Below, one piece after another: positions 16,177 through 24,228 of a DNA stretch of 64,000 bases. Made by a program: the position numbers and the translations under genes. The notes beneath the pieces are model-generated. The model made no database searches and was not told where the DNA came from. It was given only the letters and a program-made list of their open reading frames with translations. The DNA lies in the IMG/VR virus record IMGVR_UViG_3300037067_011169, positions 1 through 64,000 of that record, one strand, 5' to 3'. The DNA is from a virus (taxonomy: Duplodnaviria > Caudoviricetes). The first letter of the stretch is position 1; each line of letters opens with the position of its first letter.

Positions 16177-16505
16177 CAGAATCCATGCTCCGATCTGGTG
16201 TCAAAGAACTCAGGTGTACCCCACTCATCATCTTCGTCGTCCCAGTCTTCGTCGTCATCGTCCCAGCCATCGTCGTCCCAGTCATCGTCATCATCGTCCC
16301 AGTCATCGTCATCATCGTCTTCGTCGTCCCAGCCATCGTCGTCCCAGTCATCGTCATCCCACTCGTCTCTCCAGTCATCATCCCAACTGGAAAGAGGGCT
16401 CTGCGTTGCCCATTCACGACTTACCCCATCAGGAACTTCGTGGACTGGCGTACCCGTCATTTCTTGGGTCACGTAGTCATACAGTTCTTCGGCTTCAAGG
16501 CTCAT
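16176..16505 (-). CDS. very acidic low-complexity protein (Asp/Trp repeats)
   Basis: WDDD repeated ~9 times; co-oriented with neighbours. Confidence 0.7.
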   Translation of the reverse strand: MSLEAEELYDYVTQEMTGTPVHEVPDGVSREWATQSPLSSWDDDWRDEWDDDDWDDDGWDDEDDDDDDWDDDDDDWDDDGWDDDDEDWDDEDDEWGTPEFFDTRSEHGF

Positions 16506-16515
16506 GTGTCACCTC

Positions 16516-16680
16516 TCACTTCGGCGTTGGAGTCACTTCGAGAGAAAAACCAGTATGAGGATCACGCCATTGCACCTTGCGAAGTGTGCCATCCTCATTG
16601 CGGTCTACCGTCTCGATGACATCATCTGGAAAATCGATTACAACCGTGCATTCGGTATTCAGGATATCGAGGTGGGTCAT
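16516..16680 (-). CDS. small hypothetical protein (54 aa, not in ORF track)
   Basis: MTHLDILNTECTVVIDFPDD...; ATGA overlap. Confidence 0.55.
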   Translation of the reverse strand: MTHLDILNTECTVVIDFPDDVIETVDRNEDGTLRKVQWRDPHTGFSLEVTPTPK

Positions 16681-16871
16681 GCTGGCACCAATATCTGTAT
16701 CGAGTTGTAGTCTCCCTTAGTAATCCGAACTACATGACCTTCGTCATCGTAGACCAGAACGTCACTGAGGGCGGAGTCGATCCATTCCGTGTCGATTCGG
16801 ATTCCCTGCAAGGGGATATCCTTTGGACTTTTTGGTTTCGTCCACTTTCTGACCGTGTTCGTGGAAATCAT
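16677..16871 (-). CDS. hypothetical protein
   Basis: ATGA overlap. Confidence 0.55.
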   Translation of the reverse strand: MISTNTVRKWTKPKSPKDIPLQGIRIDTEWIDSALSDVLVYDDEGHVVRITKGDYNSIQILVPA

Positions 16872-17104
16872 CTGAGTTTGGCCGGCGTCAGAGTGTAGGC
16901 GAGCAGGTAGAGGCTACCCGCTTGGAAAAAGTCGATTGGAACCAGGCCAAAGACCGTGGTGCAAGCGACATTCCAGCAGATCATGATCGCAAACGCATAG
17001 ATCGCGCAGACGATCAGGAATCTGACTAAGGCCACCATTTGTAGCGCCACACCGGCTGCAAACACCAGCAATGCGCCAACGACGTAACTGAGAATGTCAC
17101 GCAT
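16868..17104 (-). CDS. small membrane protein
   Basis: nearly all hydrophobic, 2-3 TM. Confidence 0.65.
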   Translation of the reverse strand: MRDILSYVVGALLVFAAGVALQMVALVRFLIVCAIYAFAIMICWNVACTTVFGLVPIDFFQAGSLYLLAYTLTPAKLR

Positions 17105-17108
17105 ACTG

Positions 17109-17798
17109 TTACTCCCATGTCTTTAGGTTCTTGACGCCTCTTCGTATGAGTCGCACAATGGCCAGGGCGTCTTCCAGGGCGGTATGAGCGACGACGTTAT
17201 CCATGCTTGCCCGTTCATAGCAGGTTTTGCTACCTGGCAGTGCAGTGTCTTCTGGCAACCAGAAGAAAGCGGATGGATCAATCACGCGATGTCGAAAATG
17301 GACCCTCTCTTTGAATTCAGGAACTCGATAGAGAAAGGGCATGTCAAAGGTGCCAAAGTTCTTCCCTGCCGCCTGGACATCAAATGGGTCAACGTCAACG
17401 TCTTTCAGCCAGTAGTGAAAGTCCTCACCAAGGTCCTCTGGATCGGTTGTCTGGCCTCCCTCGATCATTCTCAGCAGAGCACAATTCATCGCCAGGGCGT
17501 GGGGTTCGCCCTGGAGACGGTCATACTTGAGGATCGCGTGAAAGGTTTGTAGTTGGGATATGGGCCGTTTCCAATCATCGAAAACAGCCGCCATCTCTAG
17601 GACCTGGCAATAGTCTGGATCAAGTCCTGTTGTCTCCGTATCGATGCTCACGTAGGGGCAAGCCGGTGGTGTGGCCGGAACACTGGGTTCCGTTACGCCA
17701 TCCGACATGAATCCATGCCATTGGCATTGGGGACAGTCTCCGGTGATCTCCCCGGTTGGAACCAAGGCGGCTTCACAATGAGGACACAGCTTTTTCAT
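17109..17798 (-). CDS. DEDDh 3'-5' exonuclease with N-terminal Zn ribbon
   Basis: IDTETTGLD, NFGTFDMPFL, HTALEDA; CPHC...CPQC; ATGA overlap with Ro60. Confidence 0.88.
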   Translation of the reverse strand: MKKLCPHCEAALVPTGEITGDCPQCQWHGFMSDGVTEPSVPATPPACPYVSIDTETTGLDPDYCQVLEMAAVFDDWKRPISQLQTFHAILKYDRLQGEPHALAMNCALLRMIEGGQTTDPEDLGEDFHYWLKDVDVDPFDVQAAGKNFGTFDMPFLYRVPEFKERVHFRHRVIDPSAFFWLPEDTALPGSKTCYERASMDNVVAHTALEDALAIVRLIRRGVKNLKTWE

Positions 17799-19384
17799 CG
17801 GATGAAGTCCGCCATCACAGCCGGGCAGGACGAATCGAACCCGACCACATCCAGCATCCCTGCATCCTTCGGGTCAGCGATAGTGAACTCGGTGGCCGTC
17901 ATGCCAACAACGATCAGTTTCGCGTCACGGCCGCTTCGGTGACGATACTCACGAAGCGCTTGGCTCGGGTGGATTCGACCGGCCCAGGTTTCGTTGTCGG
18001 TGTAGACGATGAAGGTATCAACGTCCAGTTTGTGCTCGACGGCGTACAGCATCGGGAGCGAACAATCCGTCCCTCCGAATGAGATGCGCGACATGGCATT
18101 GGTGACTTCCGACAATGAGGCGTTTCGGGTGACGTTGAATGGGATGAGTCGGTTGGAGAAAGCGACCATCTGAGTGTTCGGTTCAACCCGATTCGTGACC
18201 ATCGCCATGCAAGCCGATCCTTCCCTGGCGCTGATATTGCTATCACACAAAGGACCAGTCATCGAACCCGACACGTCGAGCGCCAACAAATGATTCTTTC
18301 CGGTGGGCGTCACAAGCTGGAAGGACGCATAGAAGGCGTCTTCCAACGCCGCTTGAATCTGCTGCACCGGCGACCAACACAGGGAGCCGCGAAAACCATG
18401 ACCGCCGCTGTACGTCTTGAGTGCAGTGAGCAAACCAAAGGGGTGAACTCTCGCAGCCTTGAGTCGATCAAGGTTCCCGAGGAAGTCACACACGTACTTT
18501 GATCCGGTGGACAAAGGCTTGAGCAGGCCGACACTGGTCATCTTTCCCAGATTGCGAATCAGCGCCGTCGGCGGCAAGTTCGGGAGGAGGGCTTCCCAAA
18601 TGGCAGGACTGCCGAGTAGTGTGTTGGGGACGTGTTCCAACGTGAGATCGTAGTCTCGAATGAGGTCAATGGCGAATGCCTCTTCAAGACCTGGCGAATT
18701 GAGTTTCTCGAATCCATAAACCGTGCGCAGTTCGGACGAGACGAATCCCTCGGGCATAGTGCCTTGAGTCAGCCAGTGATACAAGGCATTATGACCCATA
18801 TCAACTGCCTTGGGATGACTGAGCCTGAGCGCGTCCCTATGGGTGTAGCCGACTCTGCTTCGATACTTCGTGGTCTGATAGGCCAACTTCTCCAGCGGCT
18901 TGTCGTTGTACCAAGCGGCCACTGCCTCCCGAAGACCTCGTCCCCACCCTCTGAGTTCCTTGCAGTTGGCAATGAACGTGAAGAGGTGGGTCGGGATTCT
19001 GCACACTCTTGGCATGGCCTCCAGGGCTACGCGCCGCACTTCCGGTGATTCATGGCTGGCGAGTAAGGCAAGCGCAAAGATGGCGGGATCATTCTTGGGA
19101 GCCTTGTTGTTTTCGCTGACATCGACGATTGTCGAGATCGTCTTCTCCAGGTCCTCGTTGGCGCAGTCGATGACAACCTTGGCATTCGCTTGAGTGAGAG
19201 GCCGTTCTTTCACGTAGTACGTTCCGCCAGCGCTTCCCAGGACAAGGAATCGGTACAAACGATGCCAGATGTCCAGCACATAGCTGAATCCTCCAGCATT
19301 GTTCATCTGCTGATTGGTTCCTAGGATTGGCTCAGACTGTGGAGTAACGCGAGTCGAAACATGCTTGGCGAGAACGGCACACAT
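17795..19384 (-). CDS. rsr: Ro60/TROVE RNA-binding protein
   Basis: TPQSEPI...NNAGGF, RFLVLGS, KYRSRVGYTHRDALRLSHP, ALIRNLGKM, ARVHPF, C-terminal vWA DVSGSM and YTDNET; GGAGG 8 nt before ATG 19384. Confidence 0.95.
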   Translation of the reverse strand: MCAVLAKHVSTRVTPQSEPILGTNQQMNNAGGFSYVLDIWHRLYRFLVLGSAGGTYYVKERPLTQANAKVVIDCANEDLEKTISTIVDVSENNKAPKNDPAIFALALLASHESPEVRRVALEAMPRVCRIPTHLFTFIANCKELRGWGRGLREAVAAWYNDKPLEKLAYQTTKYRSRVGYTHRDALRLSHPKAVDMGHNALYHWLTQGTMPEGFVSSELRTVYGFEKLNSPGLEEAFAIDLIRDYDLTLEHVPNTLLGSPAIWEALLPNLPPTALIRNLGKMTSVGLLKPLSTGSKYVCDFLGNLDRLKAARVHPFGLLTALKTYSGGHGFRGSLCWSPVQQIQAALEDAFYASFQLVTPTGKNHLLALDVSGSMTGPLCDSNISAREGSACMAMVTNRVEPNTQMVAFSNRLIPFNVTRNASLSEVTNAMSRISFGGTDCSLPMLYAVEHKLDVDTFIVYTDNETWAGRIHPSQALREYRHRSGRDAKLIVVGMTATEFTIADPKDAGMLDVVGFDSSCPAVMADFIR

Positions 19385-19450
19385 CGTATGACCCTCCAAT
19401 AATGGTAGATGATGGTCCTGGTCAGTCCCGGTAAGTCTCGATCAAAGGTA

Positions 19451-19513
19451 TCGGGCAAAGGATGTTGATTGGTGTTCGTAATAATGATGGATAACCAATC
19501 AGCGTCGGCCCGA
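19451..19513 (-). ncRNA. minimal Y RNA (element E)
   Basis: TCGGGC-CGAC-GC-TGATTGG-TTATC-loop-CCAATCA-ACATCCTTT-GCCCGA; directly upstream of Ro60. Confidence 0.8.
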
Positions 19514-19515
19514 AG

Positions 19516-19613
19516 AGGGGATGGGAGGACTCGAACCTTCGATAACCGTCTTCATTCGACCCTCTCGGGTAAGTTAAGAAAACGGGTGCTCAAACCAACT
19601 GAGCTTCATCCCC
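19516..19613 (-). ncRNA. tRNA-scaffolded Y RNA (element A)
   Basis: acceptor GGGGATG/CATCCCC, D and T arms; anticodon arm replaced by CCGTTTTC..CTT-ACCC-GAGA-GGGT-CGAAT-GAAGACGG-TTATC. Confidence 0.8.
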
Positions 19614-19619
19614 AACGTG

Positions 19620-19910
19620 TCATGTGTTTTCTTTGTCGGCTTGATGCCGTAATCCTTCGATCTTGTCTGCGAGTTCATCCATCTCATCGAGCCGGCGCAA
19701 GACAATCACGGCCTCTTTGTCATACACAGTTTGGATCGTCCCGTCGTACATGAGATGGAATTGTTTCAGGAGAACATCCATCAGGCGCTCGGCGTAGTCG
19801 AGATAGAGGCCGATCGAAGACTGATCGTCCAGGCAATTGATCTTCCGATACAGTTCCTGTTCGATGCGACCTAACTCAATCGCGCGATTCATTTCGAGGA
19901 TTCGACTCAT
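19620..19910 (-). CDS. hypothetical acidic helical protein inside the Y RNA cluster
   Basis: GGAG SD, ATG ORF between elements B and A. Confidence 0.7.
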   Translation of the reverse strand: MSRILEMNRAIELGRIEQELYRKINCLDDQSSIGLYLDYAERLMDVLLKQFHLMYDGTIQTVYDKEAVIVLRRLDEMDELADKIEGLRHQADKENT

Positions 19911-19950
19911 GTTGATCTCCCATGATCTCCCATGATCTTCTATGTTACAG

Positions 19951-20074
19951 TCACACCAGCAGGACTCGAACCTGCGACATCAAGTTCCTTAGATAACGTT
20001 GGTCTACGACCCGAATCGGGTAAGAGTCGATCAACGCATATTACTTGCGCTCTAGCCAACTGAGCTATGGTGTG
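19951..20074 (-). ncRNA. tRNA-scaffolded Y RNA (element B)
   Basis: CACACCA/TGGTGTG, D arm, CAAGT/ACTTG, GCAGG-TTCGAGT-CCTGC; 57-nt insert with CGTTG..CTT-ACCCG-ATT-CGGGT-CGTA..CAACG-TTATC. Confidence 0.82.
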
Positions 20075-20077
20075 AGG

Positions 20078-20141
20078 TGCGGGCAAGTGAGTTGCGATGG
20101 GGAAAATCTTAGCTGGATAACCCATAGCAGTTCGGCCCGCA
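20078..20141 (-). ncRNA. minimal Y RNA (element D)
   Basis: TGCGGGC-CGAAC-TGCTATGGG-TTATC-pyrimidine-rich loop-CCCATCGCA-ACTCACTT-GCCCGCA. Confidence 0.8.
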
Positions 20142-20145
20142 TGTT

Positions 20146-20589
20146 TCATTTCACTAATCGATCGTATACCTTTCTAGGGAGTTTGGATTTGGCCCAGATC
20201 GGAAAGCCGAAAGGGACCCGACCAAACACTTCTTTCAGTCCACGTTCACCGGTCGCTTGACATGCTTTGTCCCAGAGCTTCTTGTGGGCTTCACACGAAT
20301 CCTTTGCGGCTTTCAACGTTTTGAATTGCCGTTTGGCTTCAGTGAAGTCCCACATTTCAAACAGTTGTCCGGTGTTCCCGTAGTTCGGAATCAATGTTCG
20401 CACGGTGGCCTGATACCGAGGTGGCACGGTGACTCCGGCCACCTCCTTCCTCCACACAATGCGATACTGATCTTCGGAAATCCAGGTTTTGCAACAGGTC
20501 TGCTTTTGACCTCGCTTCTTTCTTCGTGTGAACTCCATCCGCTCAGAACTCCACCCCGACTCCTGATCCAATCTCAGCGAAGACTTCAT
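20146..20589 (-). CDS. hypothetical basic protein
   Basis: co-oriented ORF; start uncertain. Confidence 0.6.
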   Translation of the reverse strand: MKSSLRLDQESGWSSERMEFTRRKKRGQKQTCCKTWISEDQYRIVWRKEVAGVTVPPRYQATVRTLIPNYGNTGQLFEMWDFTEAKRQFKTLKAAKDSCEAHKKLWDKACQATGERGLKEVFGRVPFGFPIWAKSKLPRKVYDRLVK

Positions 20590-21406
20590 CCACGCCGTCG
20601 AGAACTGGGCGGGCGCATTTCCCGTAGCAATTCTGGGGCGCGTCCTTGATGAGTCGCAATTGTCGGCCCAAGGTCTCAGCCGAGGCCGCTACTTCCTTGT
20701 CGTCGTCCCACGATGCCAAATTGGCCTTCTCGATCATGTCATCGATGATCCCGGTGTCACGCACCGAATAGAGAATGCTGATGTGCATACCGTCATTCTC
20801 GAACGGGATTCGGTTGAGTGATACGTCGTCGCCGTGGATGCGCACTCCGTACAGCGAGTCAGCACCTTGAGCGGTAATGAGATACTCTCCCGATTCGTTG
20901 TTCGCGTCGTAGTCGATCGGAATCTCGACGAAGACGATTTGTCCGACGTAGTCTTCGATCGTCATCGGGTCGTCGATCAAGGTGTCAAGGGCAATCGATT
21001 CCGAGAATATGGGTTCCGGGTCGTCCATCGGGACTGGCAAATTGCCACTGAGGCTCTCAATCCGGCGGAGGTTTTCTCGGGCGTTTCGGAGTATGGCTCT
21101 GGAATGAATGGCCAGCGTGCCAGTTGAACCCGTGTCCTTGTCAGAGGACAGAATGCGGATCATCATGTTGCACCGATCCTTCAAATCAACGATCAAGGCA
21201 GGATCATCTGCCCAACCATGAATGAGCACTCCGTCACCGTCGATGTCGGAGATACGCATTGGGGAATACAGCATCCCTTCTGCCCCCGGCGCAGCCGGCA
21301 CGACTTCGATTCGGTCACCCTTGTGCGCCGTGCAGACGAAAACGAAGGGACATGCTAGTGGGTGGGTCGTCAATGAAATGTTCAGGACTTTTCCGAGGAA
21401 GTTCAT
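20543..21406 (-). CDS. hypothetical acidic protein
   Basis: long co-oriented ORF with SD. Confidence 0.7.
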   Translation of the reverse strand: MNFLGKVLNISLTTHPLACPFVFVCTAHKGDRIEVVPAAPGAEGMLYSPMRISDIDGDGVLIHGWADDPALIVDLKDRCNMMIRILSSDKDTGSTGTLAIHSRAILRNARENLRRIESLSGNLPVPMDDPEPIFSESIALDTLIDDPMTIEDYVGQIVFVEIPIDYDANNESGEYLITAQGADSLYGVRIHGDDVSLNRIPFENDGMHISILYSVRDTGIIDDMIEKANLASWDDDKEVAASAETLGRQLRLIKDAPQNCYGKCARPVLDGVDEVFAEIGSGVGVEF

Positions 21407-21420
21407 GATTGGTCTCCTGG

Positions 21421-21612
21421 TCAGTAACCCCGTCCTCGATTTCTTCGAGGGTGCAAGGGGCTATAGGTATTACGAACAACTGGGGCCACATGGAACGCCA
21501 GCATCTCCGCGAGCTTGTGGGTACAGCCGTTCTTTCGGCATTGCTCATAATGCTCTTGGATTTTGGCGTCGTTACTTACTACTGGAAATCGTTTCGTCAT
21601 CGTGCGCTCCAT
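21421..21612 (-). CDS. hypothetical protein
   Basis: co-oriented short ORF. Confidence 0.55.
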   Translation of the reverse strand: MERTMTKRFPVVSNDAKIQEHYEQCRKNGCTHKLAEMLAFHVAPVVRNTYSPLHPRRNRGRGY

Positions 21613-21863
21613 CAGACTGCCGATTCGTAGCGAGCGCCCAACGGCACAATCACCACGACATTCTCAAGATTGTAAACGTTTACTCTCCGACCGATCGGAC
21701 TGAATCCACATAGGGTTGGTCCTTTCTGTGAATCCCCTGGAACAACTTGTTGAACCTTCAATTCCGAAAGCCACATGTCGGATTTCCGGCGTACTGGATA
21801 CAGCACACTACAACCTGGTTTGATCTCGCGCCCCACTCTGTCCGTCACTTGTGTTGTCATCAC
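21612..21863 (-). CDS. hypothetical protein (SH3-like beta pattern)
   Basis: DRVGREIKPGCSVLY; SD GAGGAG. Confidence 0.6.
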   Translation of the reverse strand: MMTTQVTDRVGREIKPGCSVLYPVRRKSDMWLSELKVQQVVPGDSQKGPTLCGFSPIGRRVNVYNLENVVVIVPLGARYESAV

Positions 21864-21866
21864 TCT

Positions 21867-21884
21867 CCTCTATACATACAATGC
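21867..21884 (-). promoter_or_regulatory. phage promoter-like motif GCRTTGTATGTATAGAGG
   Basis: 15-bp identity with 39631-39645; both intergenic, same orientation. Confidence 0.5.
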
Positions 21885-21957
21885 TTTTCTGAGTGTGTGT
21901 GCCCCATATTTCCTACAACTTTCCTTGATTTCTGAGACTCCTCAGTCCCTACAGGCT

Positions 21958-22737
21958 TCACAAATCGCATGACCAGCCCCATGGTTCCAAACGCATCTGA
22001 TTCTCCTCTGCGATCTTCTCGCAGTAGCCAATATCCAATTCAATGAGCGTGCAGGGAAACCCTAATTTCCTGCATACTCGGAGTGTTGTGCCAGTTCCGC
22101 CGAATGGATCAAGCACGGTTCCGCCGGGAGGCGTCGTCAGTTTGATGCACCGCGCCACCAGGTCCTCATGCAATTGAGTCGGATGCCAATTGCACCGTTG
22201 GGATGAATTGCCCGTGACTCTGGGGAAGTCTAGGACATCACCCGGGCTGGGATACTGCATATCGAACGCATCGCCTGGTACCCGGCCGCGTGGGTCAGCT
22301 CGTTTATCTCCGTTCTCCTGCCGCCAACTGGGAACTCTGATTGCATCTGGCAACAGTGGAGCATCAAACCACCTCAATCTCACTAGTGGACGATGGTTGT
22401 TGCCCAAATCGTGTTGGTTGTGTTGACCGAATGTGAACACCTGAGTACAGGGTTTTGCCTCGACATCACCACAATTCCTACCGAGAATGTGTTTGACGAT
22501 GGGCCCCATCTCGAACGTCCATTTCGAGTTGTAAGACATCCAAGTCGTCTTCGCGTGATAGACACACTGGTTGAGCCAGTCATGGAGCAGGCGAACGTAT
22601 TGCTCATCAGGCTGTTTGTCATCATAGGAATCATAACCCAACCCGATGTTATCCGGCGGGTCTGCGAAGATCGTTGTCCACTCCTCGTCCGTCTCACGGA
22701 GATACTCCAGACAGTCACCGCAAATTAGTTTGTGCAT
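21958..22737 (-). CDS. DNA N6-adenine/N4-cytosine methyltransferase (beta class)
   Basis: FADPPDN, HPTQ, VLDPFGGTGTT. Confidence 0.9.
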   Translation of the reverse strand: MHKLICGDCLEYLRETDEEWTTIFADPPDNIGLGYDSYDDKQPDEQYVRLLHDWLNQCVYHAKTTWMSYNSKWTFEMGPIVKHILGRNCGDVEAKPCTQVFTFGQHNQHDLGNNHRPLVRLRWFDAPLLPDAIRVPSWRQENGDKRADPRGRVPGDAFDMQYPSPGDVLDFPRVTGNSSQRCNWHPTQLHEDLVARCIKLTTPPGGTVLDPFGGTGTTLRVCRKLGFPCTLIELDIGYCEKIAEENQMRLEPWGWSCDL

Positions 22738-22979
22738 GGGTCTTTGACCTCCTCTAATTCCCACTCCTCATACTCGTAGAGTCGCCGACGTTCTAGGATG
22801 AGACGAATGCAACGCTCATCGCCAGCACGGGCGTTTGCCAGCGTGAGAGTGTTGTCGTCATAACAGCCTTGCTCATCTAGGAAGGTGAACAGACGCTTCA
22901 TGGCTGCATTCAAACGCTCAGGTGTGTCAGCAAGCCAATACTCATTGCCGTATTTTCCGTGGTAGATCAGGATTCGCAT
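22725..22979 (-). CDS. hypothetical protein
   Basis: co-oriented ORF; start inferred. Confidence 0.55.
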   Translation of the reverse strand: MRILIYHGKYGNEYWLADTPERLNAAMKRLFTFLDEQGCYDDNTLTLANARAGDERCIRLILERRRLYEYEEWELEEVKDPCTN

Positions 22980-23167
22980 TCGGTTTCGGCTCCTGTAAGC
23001 ATGACGTAGTGCTCCACCTTCCATCTCGCAGTGAAGATGCAATCGCTGTGCGCAAGGATGAGAGCGATGTTCCTGCAATGTTCGAGGTACTCTTCGTCCA
23101 CGATCATTCGAGGCACATTGGCATCCATGGACGCAAGCGTTGCGAAATTGTGTTTGAGTTTCATATT
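22967..23167 (-). CDS. hypothetical protein
   Basis: co-oriented ORF; start inferred. Confidence 0.4.
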   Translation of the reverse strand, partial: NMKLKHNFATLASMDANVPRMIVDEEYLEHCRNIALILAHSDCIFTARWKVEHYVMLTGAETECES

Positions 23168-23296
23168 GGTATCCGTTAAGACTGCCTGGATTCCCCACCC
23201 AGGTCCTGGTTTACGTGTCACTTGACGGTTAAACACGGCACTCGGTTCACGTACCTTCACAAGCCAGACGCCGTCACGTCTCAGTCCTATCTAGTC

Positions 23297-23710
23297 CTAT
23301 CTCCCGGTGCTTGAGAATCCCGCAGCCCCACGTTCTGTCTCCGACAGACTGTAGGATTCAACAAGTTCATCCTGGACCACTTTCTGGATAAGGAATTGGG
23401 CAATTCGGTCACCTTGGTAGACGTGATAGGGTTGAGTCGTCGAGTTGAACAGCATGACGAGCCATTCACCCCGATAATCCTCGTCTACGACACCACCAAA
23501 GACGGTGAGACCCTTCTTTCCCATGCCACTTCGGTCCCAGACGAGTCCGACATGACCGGGCGGAAGCTCGATTGCGATCCCAGTGCGAACCGTTGTGACT
23601 TCGCCTGGTGGGCACTCTCTGTCCGTCGAAGCGTAGAGGTCATAGCCAGCCGAGTGGTAAGACCGTGTTGGAATGAACGCTTCATCTTTAAGTCGTTTCA
23701 CTGCTATCAT
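23297..23710 (-). CDS. dut: trimeric dUTPase
   Basis: AGYDL, RSGMG, GVVDEDYRGE, RIAQ, RGAAGFSSTG. Confidence 0.95.
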   Translation of the reverse strand: MIAVKRLKDEAFIPTRSYHSAGYDLYASTDRECPPGEVTTVRTGIAIELPPGHVGLVWDRSGMGKKGLTVFGGVVDEDYRGEWLVMLFNSTTQPYHVYQGDRIAQFLIQKVVQDELVESYSLSETERGAAGFSSTGR

Positions 23711-24228
23711 GGTTTCCAGATTTCTCCATTGAAAAGGGCTTGTGTGTCAATCGCTCCGTCATACAAGTAGGTCTTCACGCCGGCATCCTCAAGCATTTCA
23801 TTGCCCAACGCGATCGTCTCACTCCAATGGTAATCTCCCACATGATCGAACATCTGCTTGTGACCAATGACCTCCATGATTCCTGACTGAATGATCGCTC
23901 GGGCGCAATCGGAACAAGAGAACCATGGACAGTACAGAGTCCCTCCTACGGGACTCTCGCCGTTTCGGCAGGCATGATAGATGGCATTTCTCTCAGCGTG
24001 CTCGATGAAGTTGTACTTCTTTGGACGTTCCAATCGATCGGCCGTGATCCGTACATCTCGTGGGAGACTATTCGTTCCGGTTCCGATTACACGTCCTTCG
24101 GCGTTGACTAGGACCGCGCCGAGTTTGGTATGTGGATCAGAAGAGAACATCATTGCCAGACGGTACGCTTGGCGAAGATACTCTCTTGTCTGCTCATTCT
24201 GATGGTTCTGATGGTTCTGATGGTTCAT
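23707..24228 (-). CDS. dcd: dCMP deaminase
   Basis: HAERNA, PWFSCSDCARAIIQSGI. Confidence 0.9.
   Translation of the reverse strand: MNHQNHQNHQNEQTREYLRQAYRLAMMFSSDPHTKLGAVLVNAEGRVIGTGTNSLPRDVRITADRLERPKKYNFIEHAERNAIYHACRNGESPVGGTLYCPWFSCSDCARAIIQSGIMEVIGHKQMFDHVGDYHWSETIALGNEMLEDAGVKTYLYDGAIDTQALFNGEIWKP

Noticed and set aside
16124-16619. Ser-, His/Arg- and Val/Ile-rich plus-strand ORFs
   Set aside because: Shadow frames of the minus-strand Asp/Trp repeat gene
19516-19613. Element A as tmRNA (starts GGGGATG)
   Set aside because: 98 nt, G3-C70 rather than G3-U70, complete D stem, no tag ORF
19516-20074. Elements A and B (and C) as intron-containing tRNAs
   Set aside because: Too short for group I introns; no bulge-helix-bulge; I could not restore a 7-nt loop with U33 and purine 37; the insert carries the same motif as the free Y RNAs
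24201-24228. NHQ triplication at the dCMP deaminase N-terminus
   Set aside because: Simple 9-bp in-frame slippage repeat with no evident function
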